Positions 44,101-57,374 are shown, counted from the first letter of the stretch. The stretch is DNA of 64,000 nucleotides from an uncultured Planctomycetota bacterium (GCA_963845755.1 CAWJTV010000019.1:288001-352000), one strand, 5' to 3'. The notes: generated by a model not told the origin, from the letters alone. Numbers and translations: made by a program.

Positions 44101-46716
44101 CGCGCCTGGCTGCTGGCCCACCGCGTCGGCAACGGCTGGGTTCCGGCGGAGGCCAAGGGTCCGGCCCTCCTCGCGCTGGCCGCAACGTCGGGGCGAGAGC
44201 GGCCCGCCGAGGACCGTTACCGGCTGGTCGTGAGCGTGAACAACACCGAGGTCTATCGGATCGAGGTCGAGGGTGCTCCACCGAGCCAGGAAATCCTCGG
44301 TCCCTCACAAGCTCTTGAAGGCCGGGGCAGAGAATCGCGTGGCGTTCGACATCGAGGGCCGGGGCACATTCGGCTATGCGGTGATGCTCGCCGGCGTGAC
44401 CCGCGATTTCGGACCGGATCAGAATGTCCAGAACCGCGCGGCGACGATCCACCGCCGGGTTTATCTGGCGCTCCTGCCCGAGCTGGATGGCCGGCCGCTG
44501 CCCACCGGCTTCAGCGTGGCGATCAATCCGAATCGGTTCGAGAACCGGGCGACCCAGGTCGTCCAGGGGGGCCAGGTCCGCGTCGAGATCGAGGCCGCGC
44601 GCACCCCGAGAGTCGAACAGCCCGACTGGCAGGCCGGCTTTCTGGTGCTGCACGAGCCATCTGCCCGCCGGAGACCCGCCTGGTGGAGGGATCGGTCCAG
44701 TCGCAGGCGCGAAGCTACACGATGACGGACGGGACCCTGACCTTCTACTTCCCGGCCGGGCAGCCGATCGGCGTGATCCACTACGACCTGCGCGGCGATT
44801 TGCCCGGGCGATACCGCGTGTTGCCGCCATCGATCCGCAGCGCCGACGATCCCGGCCGCGGCCACCTTGGCGACGCGGCGACGCTTCAGGTCCTCGCTCC
44901 GGGTGCGACGAGCACCGATCCTTACAAGCCGACGCCGAACGAGCTCTACCACCGCGGCAAGATTCATTTCGACGCCGGCCGGCTCGCCGAGGCCGCCGCG
45001 CCGCTGGAGACCTTGTTCGAAGGCTACACGCTCCGCGACGACATCTTGAAGGACACCGCGCGGATGCTGCTGTTCGTGCACCTGAGCCAGCACGACGCCC
45101 GCAAGATCGTCCGGGACTACGAGATCGTCCGGGAGAAGATGCCCGAGCTATACATCGTCTTCGACACGCTGCTGGCCATCGGCCGCGCGTACGCCGAGAT
45201 CGGCGAATCCGAGCGTGCCTACCTGGGATGGACTGCGCTGGCCGATGCGAGCTACCTGGAAGATGCCCGCATCGGCGAGCTACTCCGCCAGCGCGGACAG
45301 GCACTCGAAGGCATGGCCTTCCTGCTGCAACTCTGGCGCGAGTCGCCCGGCGGCGCCACGGTCGACAGCGACTTCTTCGGCCTGGCGCAACGACTGGCCG
45401 CAATGGCCGGCCGGCTGTCGAGTGACCTGGTGTTTCGCACCGCGCTCGAGGCTAGCGGGGCCACGCGCTCCAGGTTGCTCCACCAGGCCAGTCGATTGAC
45501 CCAGCTCTTCCTGGCCGAGTCGCCGGACAACCCGCTGGCCGACGAGGCTGGCCTGGCGCTGGTGGGGAATGCCTTCGAGCTCGGCGATCACGCCGGGATG
45601 ATCCGCATCGCGGAGCAGTTCGAGAGGCTTCATCCCCAGAGCGCACTCCGCGACAGCTTCCGCTACAGTGCGGCCCTCGGCCAGTTCTATCTGGGCCAGC
45701 TCGACCGCGCGATCGCGCTGGCGCGGGGGATCGCCGAACCGGACGAAGCGCTCCCCGAGAACACGTCGTCCGAGGCCGCGGCGATCACCGCGCAGGCCGT
45801 CGCGCTCCTGGGCCGGATCCACGAGGCCCGGCTCGAGCCGGTCGAAGCCCTGGCGTATTACCGTCGGATCGCCAATCGCGTCTCCGACGCGGCCGACGCG
45901 GTCGAGGCCCTCACGTCCCGGTCCTTGAGCGTGCCCGAGATCTCGGTGGTCCGACCCGACGTTCTGAAGAACGCAGCAGCGCCCGACGGAGGCCGCCGGC
46001 TCGCCGTACCCCTGACGGTGACATGCCGCAATCTGGCCGAAGTGGACGTGCGCGTCTATCCGGTTGACGTGATGCGACTCTTCTCCGGTCGCGACAACCT
46101 GGGCGCGATCGCAACGGTCGAGCTCGCGGGTATCCGGCCGCTCTATCAGGCGAAGGTGGCCGTGGGTGACGGCAACGGCGTCGACCTGGAGGCAAAGCCC
46201 CGTGGGATCGAGCTGCCGCTTCCGGGCGACGGTGCCTACCTGGTCATGCTGCGAGGCGAGGACCTTTTCGCCTCGGGGCTCGTCGTGGTCACGCCCCTGG
46301 AGATCGAGCGGAATTCCTCTCCCGAGACCGGTCGGCTGCGGGTCACCGTGCGCGATGCGCGGACCCGGCGCGGGGTTGCGGGAGCTCATGTCAAAGTGAT
46401 CGGCGCGCGAAGCCCGATCATACAGACCGGCGAGACCGACCTGCGCGGCGTCTTCGTCGCCCCGGATGTTGAAGGACGCATCACGGTCGTCGTCCGACGG
46501 GGAGCGACCGAATCCGCGGTCGATCGGTCGCCCGCCCAGACCAATGCGAAGGCGAAATCCCCTCGAGCCCAACGGCGCGCGATCGAGTCCTCCGAGGATG
46601 ATCTCGGGGACCTCAACCGCCGCAATCGCCGGCGCCACTCCGAGCGCCTCAATGAGCGCGGAATGGGGGGCATGATGGGTGGTATGGGCGGCATGATGGG
46701 TGGCGGGTTTCAGTGA
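38175..46716 (+). CDS. Giant TPR/alpha-2-macroglobulin-family protein, about 2800 aa (many frameshifts)
   Basis: Signal peptide, TPR array, FLYTDRPAYRPGQRV, FEVQAY, AELSLAMVD, RTEFIETAYWNPSVVTD, LQNENGSWSW, PGRYRVLP, C-terminal TPRs. Confidence 0.85.
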
Positions 46717-46748
46717 GGGCTCGACCTCAGGGTTCCCGTTCGTCCGCT

Positions 46749-47630
46749 CTACAACTCATCGAGATGTCGCGGCCAATCGTCCTTCAGCAGCCGCGAGAGC
46801 GAGCGGTCGGCGAGGATGCGCCCGCCGGTCTGACAGCGCGGGCAGTAGTTGGTCTCGTTGTCCGCGTATCGGATCCGCTGAATGAGTGTCTGACAGACCG
46901 GGCACGGTTCGCCGAACCGGCCGTGCGCGGCCATCCCCGGCCGGAACGCCGTGACCTTCTCCGGAAAACGCTCGCCGCTCTCCGCTCGGAGCGATGCGAT
47001 CCATTCGTTGAGCACCTCCCGTATGGCGGTGAAGAGTCGCTTGACCTCGTCCTGCGTGATCTTCTGCGAGAGCGCCAGCGGCGAGAGCCGGGCGCGATGG
47101 AGGATCTCGTCGGAGTAGGCGTTGCCGATGCCGCTGAACAGGCGAGGATCGGTGAGCGCCCGCTTGAGCGTGTGATTCCGCCGCCGGAGGACGGCTTCGA
47201 ACTGATCGAGCGTTGCCGGAAGCACTTCGAGGCCGCCCGGGTCCTGCGAGGTCAGGGCGCCTCCGCCGCGAAGCACGTGGAGAGCCGCGCGGCGCTTCGA
47301 TCCGGCTTCGGTCAAGAGCAAGGTCCCGTTCGGGAAATCGAAGGCGGCCAGGGCGGCTTTTCCCGAGAGCTTCGCGCCGCGCGGTTTCCAGTGGAGTCGT
47401 CCGGCGATCATCAAGTGCAGCACGAGCCACAGTTCGTCGTCGAGGCCGATGGCAATGCGTTTCCCGATCCGACGAAGCTCTCGGACTGTCTTGCCGATGA
47501 CCGACTCCAGCGCCGGATCGAATGTCCTGAGCAGGAACGGAGCCTGGATTCGAACCGCGTCGAGCCGCTCGCCGATGATGCGCCGCTCGAGGGCTTCGAC
47601 GTAAATCGTGATGTCCGGCAGCTCAGGCAT
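46749..47630 (-). CDS. Fpg/Nei family DNA glycosylase/AP lyase
   Basis: [25 protein letters not shown] (H2TH), CPVC..CPRC zinc finger. Confidence 0.9.
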   Translation of the reverse strand: MPELPDITIYVEALERRIIGERLDAVRIQAPFLLRTFDPALESVIGKTVRELRRIGKRIAIGLDDELWLVLHLMIAGRLHWKPRGAKLSGKAALAAFDFPNGTLLLTEAGSKRRAALHVLRGGGALTSQDPGGLEVLPATLDQFEAVLRRRNHTLKRALTDPRLFSGIGNAYSDEILHRARLSPLALSQKITQDEVKRLFTAIREVLNEWIASLRAESGERFPEKVTAFRPGMAAHGRFGEPCPVCQTLIQRIRYADNETNYCPRCQTGGRILADRSLSRLLKDDWPRHLDEL

Positions 47631-47858
47631 GGAGCTCGGCGCCCCCGTTTTCTCGAAGAGAAGTCGCGGCCGGCCGGTCGCGGCTCTCAACCTTACCCGA
47701 GATGATCGGTCTTGACCAGATTCACCGCGAAAGTCCGCCGGTCTACCCCAACCGAACAAGCGGGATTAGAATAACACCATCGGTTGAAGCGCGGCCGCCG
47801 TGAAGGCGTGGGGCTCGGCCGGAAGGCGAGGCAACTCGATGGGACGATGGGGTTTTGC

Positions 47859-49268
47859 ATGGACCTGACGATCATCGACCGGGTGTTGGGGAGCAACATT
47901 CCCTACATCACCTACGCGGTGCCGATCTTCTTCCTGTTGATCGGCATCGAGCTCGTGGTGGCGCTCTGGGAGCGCAAGAACTACTACCGGCTGCACGACG
48001 CGATCAATGACCTGAGCTGCGGCAGTACCGAGCAGATCATCGGCCTTTTCCTCAAGGGTGTGCTCTTTCTGGGCTATCAAGGAACGTATAGCTACGCGAC
48101 CCGCGCCGGGATCAACCTGATCGACGTCCACAGTTACTCGCTCGCGGGCAAGTGGCTGGCGGCGATCGTGCTGTTCCTCGGGGTCGATTGCGCCTATTAC
48201 TGGTTCCACCGCATCGCCCACGAATACAACGCGCCCTGGGCCGGGCACGTGGTGCACCACTCGAGTGAGGATTACAACCTCGCCGTGGCGCTGCGGCAGG
48301 GCTCGTTCCAGGGGCTCTTCTCCTGGGTCTTCTACCTGCCGCTGGCGCTGCTGGGTTTTCCACCGGCGTGGTTCGCCGCGATCATGAGCTTCAACCTGCT
48401 CTACCAGTTCTGGATCCACACTCGCGCGATCGGCAGGCTCGGGCCGCTGGAATGGGTGTTCAACACGCCGTCGCATCATCGCGTGCATCACGCGCGCAAC
48501 CCCAAGTATCTGGATAAGAACTACGCGGGCACGCTGATCGTCTGGGACAAGATGTTCGGTACGTTCCAGGCCGAGGAGGAAGAGCCGGTCTACGGCCTGA
48601 CCAAGCCGTTGAACAGTTGGAACCCGCTGTGGGCCAACCTTCACGTCTGGCGCGACCTGTTCCGCGACGCCTGGCTGGCGCCGCGATGGATCGACAAAAT
48701 CCGGATCTGGTTCATGCCGCAGGGCTGGCGGCCGGAAGGATTGCCCTCCAACCCGATTGCCCCCGAGCTGACCCATCAGACCGTCATCCGCTACGACACG
48801 AAGTTGCCCCTGGCGTTGAACGTCTACGCCCTGATCCATTTCGTGGCGATCGTGCCAATGATCGTCGGCCTGATGGCGGAAGGCCGGTCGCTCCCGCGCG
48901 GGGAGTTGGCTGGGGGCGCCTTGCTGGTGTTGTGGGGCTTGCTCAATCTCGGCGGCATCTTCGACCATCGCCGATGGGCACTCCCTTCGGAGCTATCGCG
49001 GCTCCCGCTGACCGCTGCGACGCTGGTGGCCAGGCTGCCCGACGGCTCCTGGCGCGGGCCCGCGCAACTCGGCCTCGCGCTCGCGGTCCTGGCGTCGTGG
49101 CTCTGCCTATTCCTCTATCGCCGCGAGTTTGATGGCGCCCCGCAATGGCCCAGCCGGGTGATCGGGCGATCGGATGCCTGGGCGGACGGAACGGAGACTC
49201 CGCCGATGGTCGCATCAGGCGCGGTGGCCTCAGCCGTTGGAGACGGCAGTCAGAAAATGCCGTGGTGA
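47859..49268 (+). CDS. Sterol desaturase/fatty acid hydroxylase family, alkylglycerol monooxygenase-like
   Basis: YYWFHRIAH, WAGHVVHHSSEDYNL..ALRQ, QFWIHT, TPSHHRVHH, DKNYAG. Confidence 0.85.
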   Translation: MDLTIIDRVLGSNIPYITYAVPIFFLLIGIELVVALWERKNYYRLHDAINDLSCGSTEQIIGLFLKGVLFLGYQGTYSYATRAGINLIDVHSYSLAGKWLAAIVLFLGVDCAYYWFHRIAHEYNAPWAGHVVHHSSEDYNLAVALRQGSFQGLFSWVFYLPLALLGFPPAWFAAIMSFNLLYQFWIHTRAIGRLGPLEWVFNTPSHHRVHHARNPKYLDKNYAGTLIVWDKMFGTFQAEEEEPVYGLTKPLNSWNPLWANLHVWRDLFRDAWLAPRWIDKIRIWFMPQGWRPEGLPSNPIAPELTHQTVIRYDTKLPLALNVYALIHFVAIVPMIVGLMAEGRSLPRGELAGGALLVLWGLLNLGGIFDHRRWALPSELSRLPLTAATLVARLPDGSWRGPAQLGLALAVLASWLCLFLYRREFDGAPQWPSRVIGRSDAWADGTETPPMVASGAVASAVGDGSQKMPW

Positions 49269-49498
49269 GCGAGGAGATCGTTGCCGAGATCGAATGCTTT
49301 CCCGACCCGGGATTTCGGGATCGGTCATGGTTGTCATCCGATTCTTGACGAAAAGACGCCCCGAGATCCGGCCCCCCCCGCTACTTTGGAAGTCGAAGCC
49401 CATCAGCTATTATTATAGACTCCTCCCAGGGTGAAGGGTGACTCTATCCGCAGAAAGGGCTCGCTTCGCCTTCCAAAACCGACGAATCTGAGGTACCT

Positions 49499-50503
49499 GT
49501 GGCCATGGTCGTCCTGCCGGTCATTCTCGCGGCTCTGGGAATCCTGCCTGCCGAAGCGGCCTCAGCGGCCGACGTCGCGTTGACGTCCACGAAGGGGCAC
49601 CTGGACGAGTCCAGCGAGTCCCGCTCCTTCATCTTGATGTATCGGGCCGTCGTGAAGGACATCCCTGAGGGTGCGAAAACACTCGACCTTTGGTTGCCGT
49701 TGCCTCAGACTGACCGTAACCAGACGATCCACAGCCTCACCATCGACGCGCCGGGGCCGCTGACCATCGGCCTGGAACCCCGGTTTGGCAACCAGGTTCT
49801 TTCGTTGCGAGTTCAGAGCCCCCGAGCGCCGATCTCCGTGATCCTGACCATCGATGCGACCCGGAGAGAGAACTCCGGGACCGTCGAGTCCCTCAGCGAC
49901 ACGGAGCGCGACCGTTACCTGCAACCGGAGCCCCTGGTCCCTCTGGACGGCCCCATCCGGGAGCTTGCCGTCCAGGCCACGAAGCGATCGAAGACCGATG
50001 CCGAGAAGGCTCGGGCGATTTACGATCAGGTTACGGGGATGATGCGATACGACAAGAGCGGGACCGGTTGGGGCCGGGGTGACGCGCTGTTCGCCTGCGA
50101 TGCGAAGCGGGGCAACTGCACCGACTTCCACGCCTTGATCATCGGCATGGCACGGTCCGCCGGAATCCCGGCCCGCTTCGCCATCGGACTGCCGCTACCC
50201 GAGACTCGTGGGGCGGGCGAGATACCCGGTTACCATTGCTGGGCTGAGTTGTACGTCAGCGGCCGGGGCTGGGTCCCGGTGGATGCCAGCGAAGCGGTGA
50301 AGCATCCTGCCAAGGCGGCCTACTTCTTTGGCCATCACGATGAGAACCGGCTGGAGCTCAGCCGGGGCCGGCATCTGATCCTCTCCCCGGCCCAACACGG
50401 GCCGCCCGTGAACTTCTTCGTCGATCCTTATGCCGAGATCGATGGCAAGCGGCATCAGGTCATCGATCGCACGCTCACGTTCAAGGATCGTCCAGCCGGG
50501 TGA
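49499..50503 (+). CDS. Transglutaminase-like domain protein, exported
   Basis: GNCTDFH, GIPARF, YHCWAE, GWVPVD (Cys-His-Asp triad). Confidence 0.88.
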   Translation: MAMVVLPVILAALGILPAEAASAADVALTSTKGHLDESSESRSFILMYRAVVKDIPEGAKTLDLWLPLPQTDRNQTIHSLTIDAPGPLTIGLEPRFGNQVLSLRVQSPRAPISVILTIDATRRENSGTVESLSDTERDRYLQPEPLVPLDGPIRELAVQATKRSKTDAEKARAIYDQVTGMMRYDKSGTGWGRGDALFACDAKRGNCTDFHALIIGMARSAGIPARFAIGLPLPETRGAGEIPGYHCWAELYVSGRGWVPVDASEAVKHPAKAAYFFGHHDENRLELSRGRHLILSPAQHGPPVNFFVDPYAEIDGKRHQVIDRTLTFKDRPAG

Positions 50504-50507
50504 CCCG

Positions 50508-50909
50508 TTAGCGATTGACCGATGACTCGCTGACGGCGCCTTCGACGCTGGTGGTGGCGGCCGGCGTTTCGTCGGATTGGGATTTCTGCCAGGGCCATCG
50601 CCGCCCGTCGATGGGCTCGCTGATCACGACGCGCGGGTCGTTGCGAGAGTTGACGACGCTGGACGAAGAGGTTCCGACGTCGCTCGTTGTGGCCGATCCC
50701 TCCATCACGCGGGCCGGCGGATCGCAGATGGTCGCGGACTGCATGCCCGCGGGCGCCGGGGTGACTGTCGCGCACGGTGGGGCGCCATAGCCGTAATAGA
50801 AGCAATAAGGCGGTTGCTGACAGCCCCAGCCGGCGAATGCCAGCGCGCAGACCGGGATGAGTCTCCAGACTGGCCGCCGGCGCAGCGGTACGAACGAGGT
50901 TTGTCGCAT
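50508..50909 (-). CDS. Hypothetical lipoprotein
   Basis: Basic N-terminus, ALAFAGWGC lipobox, GGGAG RBS. Confidence 0.6.
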   Translation of the reverse strand: MRQTSFVPLRRRPVWRLIPVCALAFAGWGCQQPPYCFYYGYGAPPCATVTPAPAGMQSATICDPPARVMEGSATTSDVGTSSSSVVNSRNDPRVVISEPIDGRRWPWQKSQSDETPAATTSVEGAVSESSVNR

Positions 50910-51140
50910 GGCGAATCTCCCGAGGGACGGGGCGGCCCGGCCCGTGATCGTGCTTGGGATCGTCCGAAACCAATCCGAGATGAAGACGCGGCGAAGGGAC
51001 CCTGGCCCGACCATCACTCCCCTGTCGAATTCCAGGTGGCCGGACTTTAATCAAAATCGAAAAACCGGCCAACCGCAAAATCTCTCAGTAGGCAGAAGGC
51101 GGTAGGACGTAGGCCGCTTCATGGATCCGTATTCAACTGC

Positions 51141-52229
51141 CTACTGGAAGAGCATTCCTTGCCGCGGACCCGATTCCGGGTGGCGGAAGGCTGCGGCTGA
51201 GACCGGCCATCGGTGCTGATTGAGCCCGGCGCGGCGGCTGGCCGTCTGGAACAATCGCGCCAGCAATTCGGCCTGATGGCCCTCGCCGCTCATCCGGACC
51301 CCGAACCGGGCGTCGTTGAGCCGGCCGGCTCGTGCGGCGCGAATGCGGCCGAGCACCTTGTCTTTCCGGTCGGGTAAGTGCGTTTCTAGCCAGTCCTGGA
51401 ACAGACCGGCCACGGCCATCGGGAGGCGGACGAGTGTATAACCCGCGGACCGGGCGCCGGCCTGCGCGGCGGCCTTCAAGATTGCCGGCATCTCGTGCTC
51501 GGTCAGGCCGGGGATCACCGGCGCCACCATCACGCCGGCTGGGATGCCGGCATCCGCCAGCGCAGCGATCGCCTCCAGACGCCCGGATGGCCGCGACGTC
51601 CGCGGCTCCAGCCGGCCGATCAGATCCGAGTCCAGCGACGTGATCGAGACGAACACACCGGCTGCGCCGTGGCGGGCAAGTTCACCCAGCAGGTCGATGT
51701 CGCGGGTCACCAGCCGGTTCTTCGTGATGATGGTGACCGGCTGGCGGAACTCGGCCAGGACCGCCAGACACCGCCGGGTGAGCTGGAGTTTCCGCTCCAA
51801 CGGCTGATACGGGTCGGTCACCCCGCTCAGGCCCAGGACGCGCGGTTGCCATCTCGGTGATGAAAGCTGCTTCCTCAACAGTTCGGGCGCGTCCTCTTTC
51901 ACGAGGATCTTCGTCTCGAAATCCAGGCCGGCCGAATAGCCGAGCCACTCATGTGTAGGTCGCGCATAACAGTAAATGCAGCCGTGTTCGCATCCCCGAT
52001 ACGGATTGATGCTCACCTCGAAGCCCACATCCGGGCTATCGTTGTGGGCGATGATGGTGCGCGAGCGGTCGGGCAGGTATTCCGTCCGAGGCCGGCCCAG
52101 GGCCGCGAGATACTCCTCGTCCTCCTCGACCTGGTCGAGCTCGAGTTCGTGATGGGTCGTCTCGAAGCGGTTGGCCGGGTTGTGCCCAGCCCCGCGCCCT
52201 TTCGGTAACGGTGCATTCGACCCGATCAT
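51141..52229 (-). CDS. PA0069/SplB-like radical SAM protein
   Basis: NPYRGCEHGCIYCYARP, SGVTDPYQP, ITKN, MVAPVIPGL. Confidence 0.9.
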   Translation of the reverse strand: MIGSNAPLPKGRGAGHNPANRFETTHHELELDQVEEDEEYLAALGRPRTEYLPDRSRTIIAHNDSPDVGFEVSINPYRGCEHGCIYCYARPTHEWLGYSAGLDFETKILVKEDAPELLRKQLSSPRWQPRVLGLSGVTDPYQPLERKLQLTRRCLAVLAEFRQPVTIITKNRLVTRDIDLLGELARHGAAGVFVSITSLDSDLIGRLEPRTSRPSGRLEAIAALADAGIPAGVMVAPVIPGLTEHEMPAILKAAAQAGARSAGYTLVRLPMAVAGLFQDWLETHLPDRKDKVLGRIRAARAGRLNDARFGVRMSGEGHQAELLARLFQTASRRAGLNQHRWPVSAAAFRHPESGPRQGMLFQ

Positions 52230-52294
52230 GGTTGATTCATCCCCTGGCAACAATCCGCTTTAGCGTCGGTTCGCCTTGACCCATCAGGAGATAC

Positions 52295-52308
52295 TATACA
52301 TCTGAACA
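52295..52308. promoter_or_regulatory. Candidate LexA/SOS box
   Basis: TATAC-ATCT-GAACA, overlapping a TATAGT -10-like hexamer on the minus strand. Confidence 0.4.
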
Positions 52309-52360
52309 AAGAGAAAGACCAGAGGGTTCTTTCGAGGGTGGCCTCGAGCGCCGAGAGTGT

Positions 52361-52406
52361 CGCGGTGGGCCAGCGCCTCGATGAATCGAGGCACGACCCA
52401 CCCGAC
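52361..52406. repeat. REP-like hairpin
   Basis: ggtgggcc..gcctcgatgaatcgaggc..gacccacccgac. Confidence 0.5.
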
Positions 52407-52428
52407 GCCTCCCATGGGCCATTGCGAA

Positions 52429-54615
52429 CTAACGCTTCACCGTCGTCTTGTCGTCGTTCCGGGCCGTGTCCTGGGCTTTCTCTTCCTGGAACTGGCCCTC
52501 GACGATCGCGGCGAAATCGGCGAGCGTGCCGAAATCCTGGGTCTTGACGGTGATGGCGTTGTCGGAGTGCTCGACGCGGACGCCGGCCAGGAGCCCCTTA
52601 TACATTCGGACGGCGAGCACGTCCTTGGGCATCTTGGGTTGATCCCTTTCGAGCGCCTGACGACCCATCGCGATCAGCGATTCGAGCGATCGACTGACCG
52701 CTGCGCTGGCGTCGCGGTTACGGCAGGCTGCGTCGGCGTGCAGGACGATGTCATCGGCGTCGTCGACACTCAGAATCCACGAGTCAATTCCTTTGAAGAG
52801 CGACAGGGTTATGGCATCATCAGGGCGGCCCAGGTCGTAGTGCTTCGCGAACAAGTCGCCCTCGTTCTTGACGGCGATGGCGAATAGGCCACGGTTAGCG
52901 CGATCCCACGACGGGTTGCTGAGGAAGGCTGGCCGCTCGGGGATCTCGCCTCTGGCGACCTTGCGGATGACGGCTTCCTCATCCAGGACGATCGTCCGGT
53001 CGTCGGGAAGAAATACGCAAGGGTTGCGCCCGAACAACGCCATAATCGCCCCTTTGACCTTGTAATAAGACCGGCGCCCTGTGCGAACCTCTTCGCATTC
53101 GCATCTCCACTGGCGGAGGAACGCCAGCCAGTCAAAAGGTGCGACCATTCGAACCGTCGGACAACTGAACATGATGCTGTGGAGTGTCTTGTCCCCCGTG
53201 CCGTTCTTACCGAAGGTGACACTGGTGGTCACCCACTCGATATCCTGACCGCGGAGCTTCACGAAACCCGGACGAGACATGTCGATCTTGAGGTGGTTCG
53301 CCACCGCGGGGGAATCGAAGAACTCCCCCTCCCATTCCTTACCGATCAGCGGGATGACCCGTTCCAATCCCCTGTGGCGGGAGGCCGCGGCGGGTCGCAC
53401 GATGGCCACGCCGTCCGTACCCTCGCGGAGATAGAAGCGTGGAAGAGACTCTGCCTTGTCACGAGGCTCGGTCGCTCCAGCCTCAGCGCTGGCCACGGAA
53501 GGTGGACCGTCCTCGGCGCCCCGGGCCGGGCCGCGGAGGGTTGCCAGGCCGATGGTCAGTCCGACCAGGCTGAAGGCCGTCAGCCATCGCCGCGCACTCG
53601 ACCAATTCCGGTCGAAGGTCTTCGATTGCGATTGATCCCGTAACATCGCGATCCTCCTGATCAGGGTCCCGCGCGCCGGGAGGAACGCCCTCGCCGGCCA
53701 GCATGGGGACCGTCCATCCTGTCTCAAGGCCAGGCTCGACAGCGCCACGAGGTAGCGCCGCGGGCCTCCGGCGAACCGAGCGCCCAGTGCATCGGCCGCC
53801 TGCTCTTGCTGGAGCTGGAGCCGGCCTGCCATCCATCGGACCAGGGGATGATAATAGTTTAGCACGATGGCGAGCCGGGCGATGAGGCCCGCCGCGTAGT
53901 CGCCACGGACGATGTGGGCCAGCTCGTGCGCGAGCACCGCGCGGCGCTCGGCAAGGCTCCACGACCGCCAGTCGTCCGGAAGAAGCAACACCGGCCGCAG
54001 GGACCCCGCCGTGGCCGGCGGCGTCAGGTCGGGGACCTCGCGGAGTCGGACCGTCCGGCGACATCCCATCGCCAGTCGCAGCTCGTCGAGTAGGCGGATC
54101 GTCGCGGGGTCGTCAACCGGCCGCCCACGACGGCAGCAGATGAGAACGGCCCAGAGCCCGATTAACAGGCGAAATGACCCGGCGCCGATCCCGGCCACCG
54201 CGAGCGACGCCAGGATGGTCCCCCAAGGGCGGAACCTCGTCGCCGGCTCGGCGGCACCGCGTTCGATCCGGTCCCAGGCCAACCGCAGCCAGTCAGGAGA
54301 CAGGCGCCGTCCGACTGCCGCAAGTGCTCCGTTTCCATGACCGGTCGGGCCGGATGAGACCCTCGTAGGGGGAGCGTTGCCGATCGTCACCCCGGGCGGC
54401 GTGATCGATTCGACCCGCCGCTTCCCATTGAACCTTATCCCCGGCCCGAAGGCCGCCACGTTCAAGGCCACGACCAGTCCGAGGCTCAAAGCGGCAACCC
54501 ACGCACCCCGAGCCGGACCGCGGCGCGACGCCAACGTGTGCAGCGCCAGTACCGGCAACAGCAAGAGGGTGACTTGCACGGCGAGCCAGGCCAGCGTCAG
54601 TCCGAGGTCGTTCAT
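52429..54615 (-). CDS. BlaR1-like M56 family metallopeptidase/sensor
   Basis: TM helices, RPVLLLP, VLAHELAHIVRGD, EQAADA. Confidence 0.88.
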   Translation of the reverse strand: MNDLGLTLAWLAVQVTLLLLPVLALHTLASRRGPARGAWVAALSLGLVVALNVAAFGPGIRFNGKRRVESITPPGVTIGNAPPTRVSSGPTGHGNGALAAVGRRLSPDWLRLAWDRIERGAAEPATRFRPWGTILASLAVAGIGAGSFRLLIGLWAVLICCRRGRPVDDPATIRLLDELRLAMGCRRTVRLREVPDLTPPATAGSLRPVLLLPDDWRSWSLAERRAVLAHELAHIVRGDYAAGLIARLAIVLNYYHPLVRWMAGRLQLQQEQAADALGARFAGGPRRYLVALSSLALRQDGRSPCWPARAFLPARGTLIRRIAMLRDQSQSKTFDRNWSSARRWLTAFSLVGLTIGLATLRGPARGAEDGPPSVASAEAGATEPRDKAESLPRFYLREGTDGVAIVRPAAASRHRGLERVIPLIGKEWEGEFFDSPAVANHLKIDMSRPGFVKLRGQDIEWVTTSVTFGKNGTGDKTLHSIMFSCPTVRMVAPFDWLAFLRQWRCECEEVRTGRRSYYKVKGAIMALFGRNPCVFLPDDRTIVLDEEAVIRKVARGEIPERPAFLSNPSWDRANRGLFAIAVKNEGDLFAKHYDLGRPDDAITLSLFKGIDSWILSVDDADDIVLHADAACRNRDASAAVSRSLESLIAMGRQALERDQPKMPKDVLAVRMYKGLLAGVRVEHSDNAITVKTQDFGTLADFAAIVEGQFQEEKAQDTARNDDKTTVKR

Positions 54616-54995
54616 CGGCCTTCCTCCTTCAGGATCTGTTCGAGGACGGCCCGCTCCTCCAGAGTCAGCTTGCGCTGATCGACGAGCCGGCAGAGCAATT
54701 GCGCCCGCGACCCCCGGAAGACGCGCTGGACCAGGTCGCCTAGCAGCCGCCCCGAAACGTCCTCGTACGACCGGACCGCCCGATAAACGAACGGGCGCTC
54801 ATCATTGAGCTGAGTCAAGAACCCCTTCTCGTGCAGCCCGCGCACCAGGTTGGCGATCGTGGTATACGTCCGATCCAGGCCGGTCTCCGCGAGCCGATCG
54901 CGCACCTCGGCAGCCGTTGCCTCGCCGCGCGACCAGAAGACGTGCATCACCTCCAGTTCCCGCTCCGTCAAGTCCTTCGACGGCGGCCGTCCCAT
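54612..54995 (-). CDS. BlaI/MecI/CopY family repressor
   Basis: LTERELEVMHVFW, RTYTTIANLV..LHEKGFL, LVQRVFRGS. Confidence 0.92.
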   Translation of the reverse strand: MGRPPSKDLTERELEVMHVFWSRGEATAAEVRDRLAETGLDRTYTTIANLVRGLHEKGFLTQLNDERPFVYRAVRSYEDVSGRLLGDLVQRVFRGSRAQLLCRLVDQRKLTLEERAVLEQILKEEGR

Positions 54996-55020
54996 GGCTG
55001 GCCCTCCTCTGGCCTCGTGG

Positions 55021-55074
55021 TTTGGTTTTCCAAATTTGGTTCGGCAAATCTAGCGAGATGGGGAATGGTGTCAA
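55021..55074 (-). promoter_or_regulatory. blaI-like promoter and candidate operator
   Basis: TTGACA-N16-TAGATT; palindrome CCAAATTTGG (55030-55039) overlapping TTTGG-N4-CCAAA. Confidence 0.55.
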
Positions 55075-55086
55075 GGCGGGAATCTC

Positions 55087-55107
55087 GGCGGGTTTCACCC
55101 ACCCTAC
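55087..55107 (-). repeat. GTAG-foot REP-like hairpin at a stop codon
   Basis: GTAGGGTGGGTGAAACCCGCC; related GGTGGGTGAAACCCACC at 31942-31958. Confidence 0.5.
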
Positions 55108-57231
<2,124 letters not shown>

Positions 57232-57374
57232 TGGGATCTCCTGAGGCGGACTTCGGCCGCAACCGGTCTGGTAGTGTGCTCTGTACTACTAACTTCGAGA
57301 ATCCTGTGCGCCGTGCACGATTACATAACGTCTCGAGGTACAAGAGGTTGGGTCGGCAGAAGACATCGACGCAT

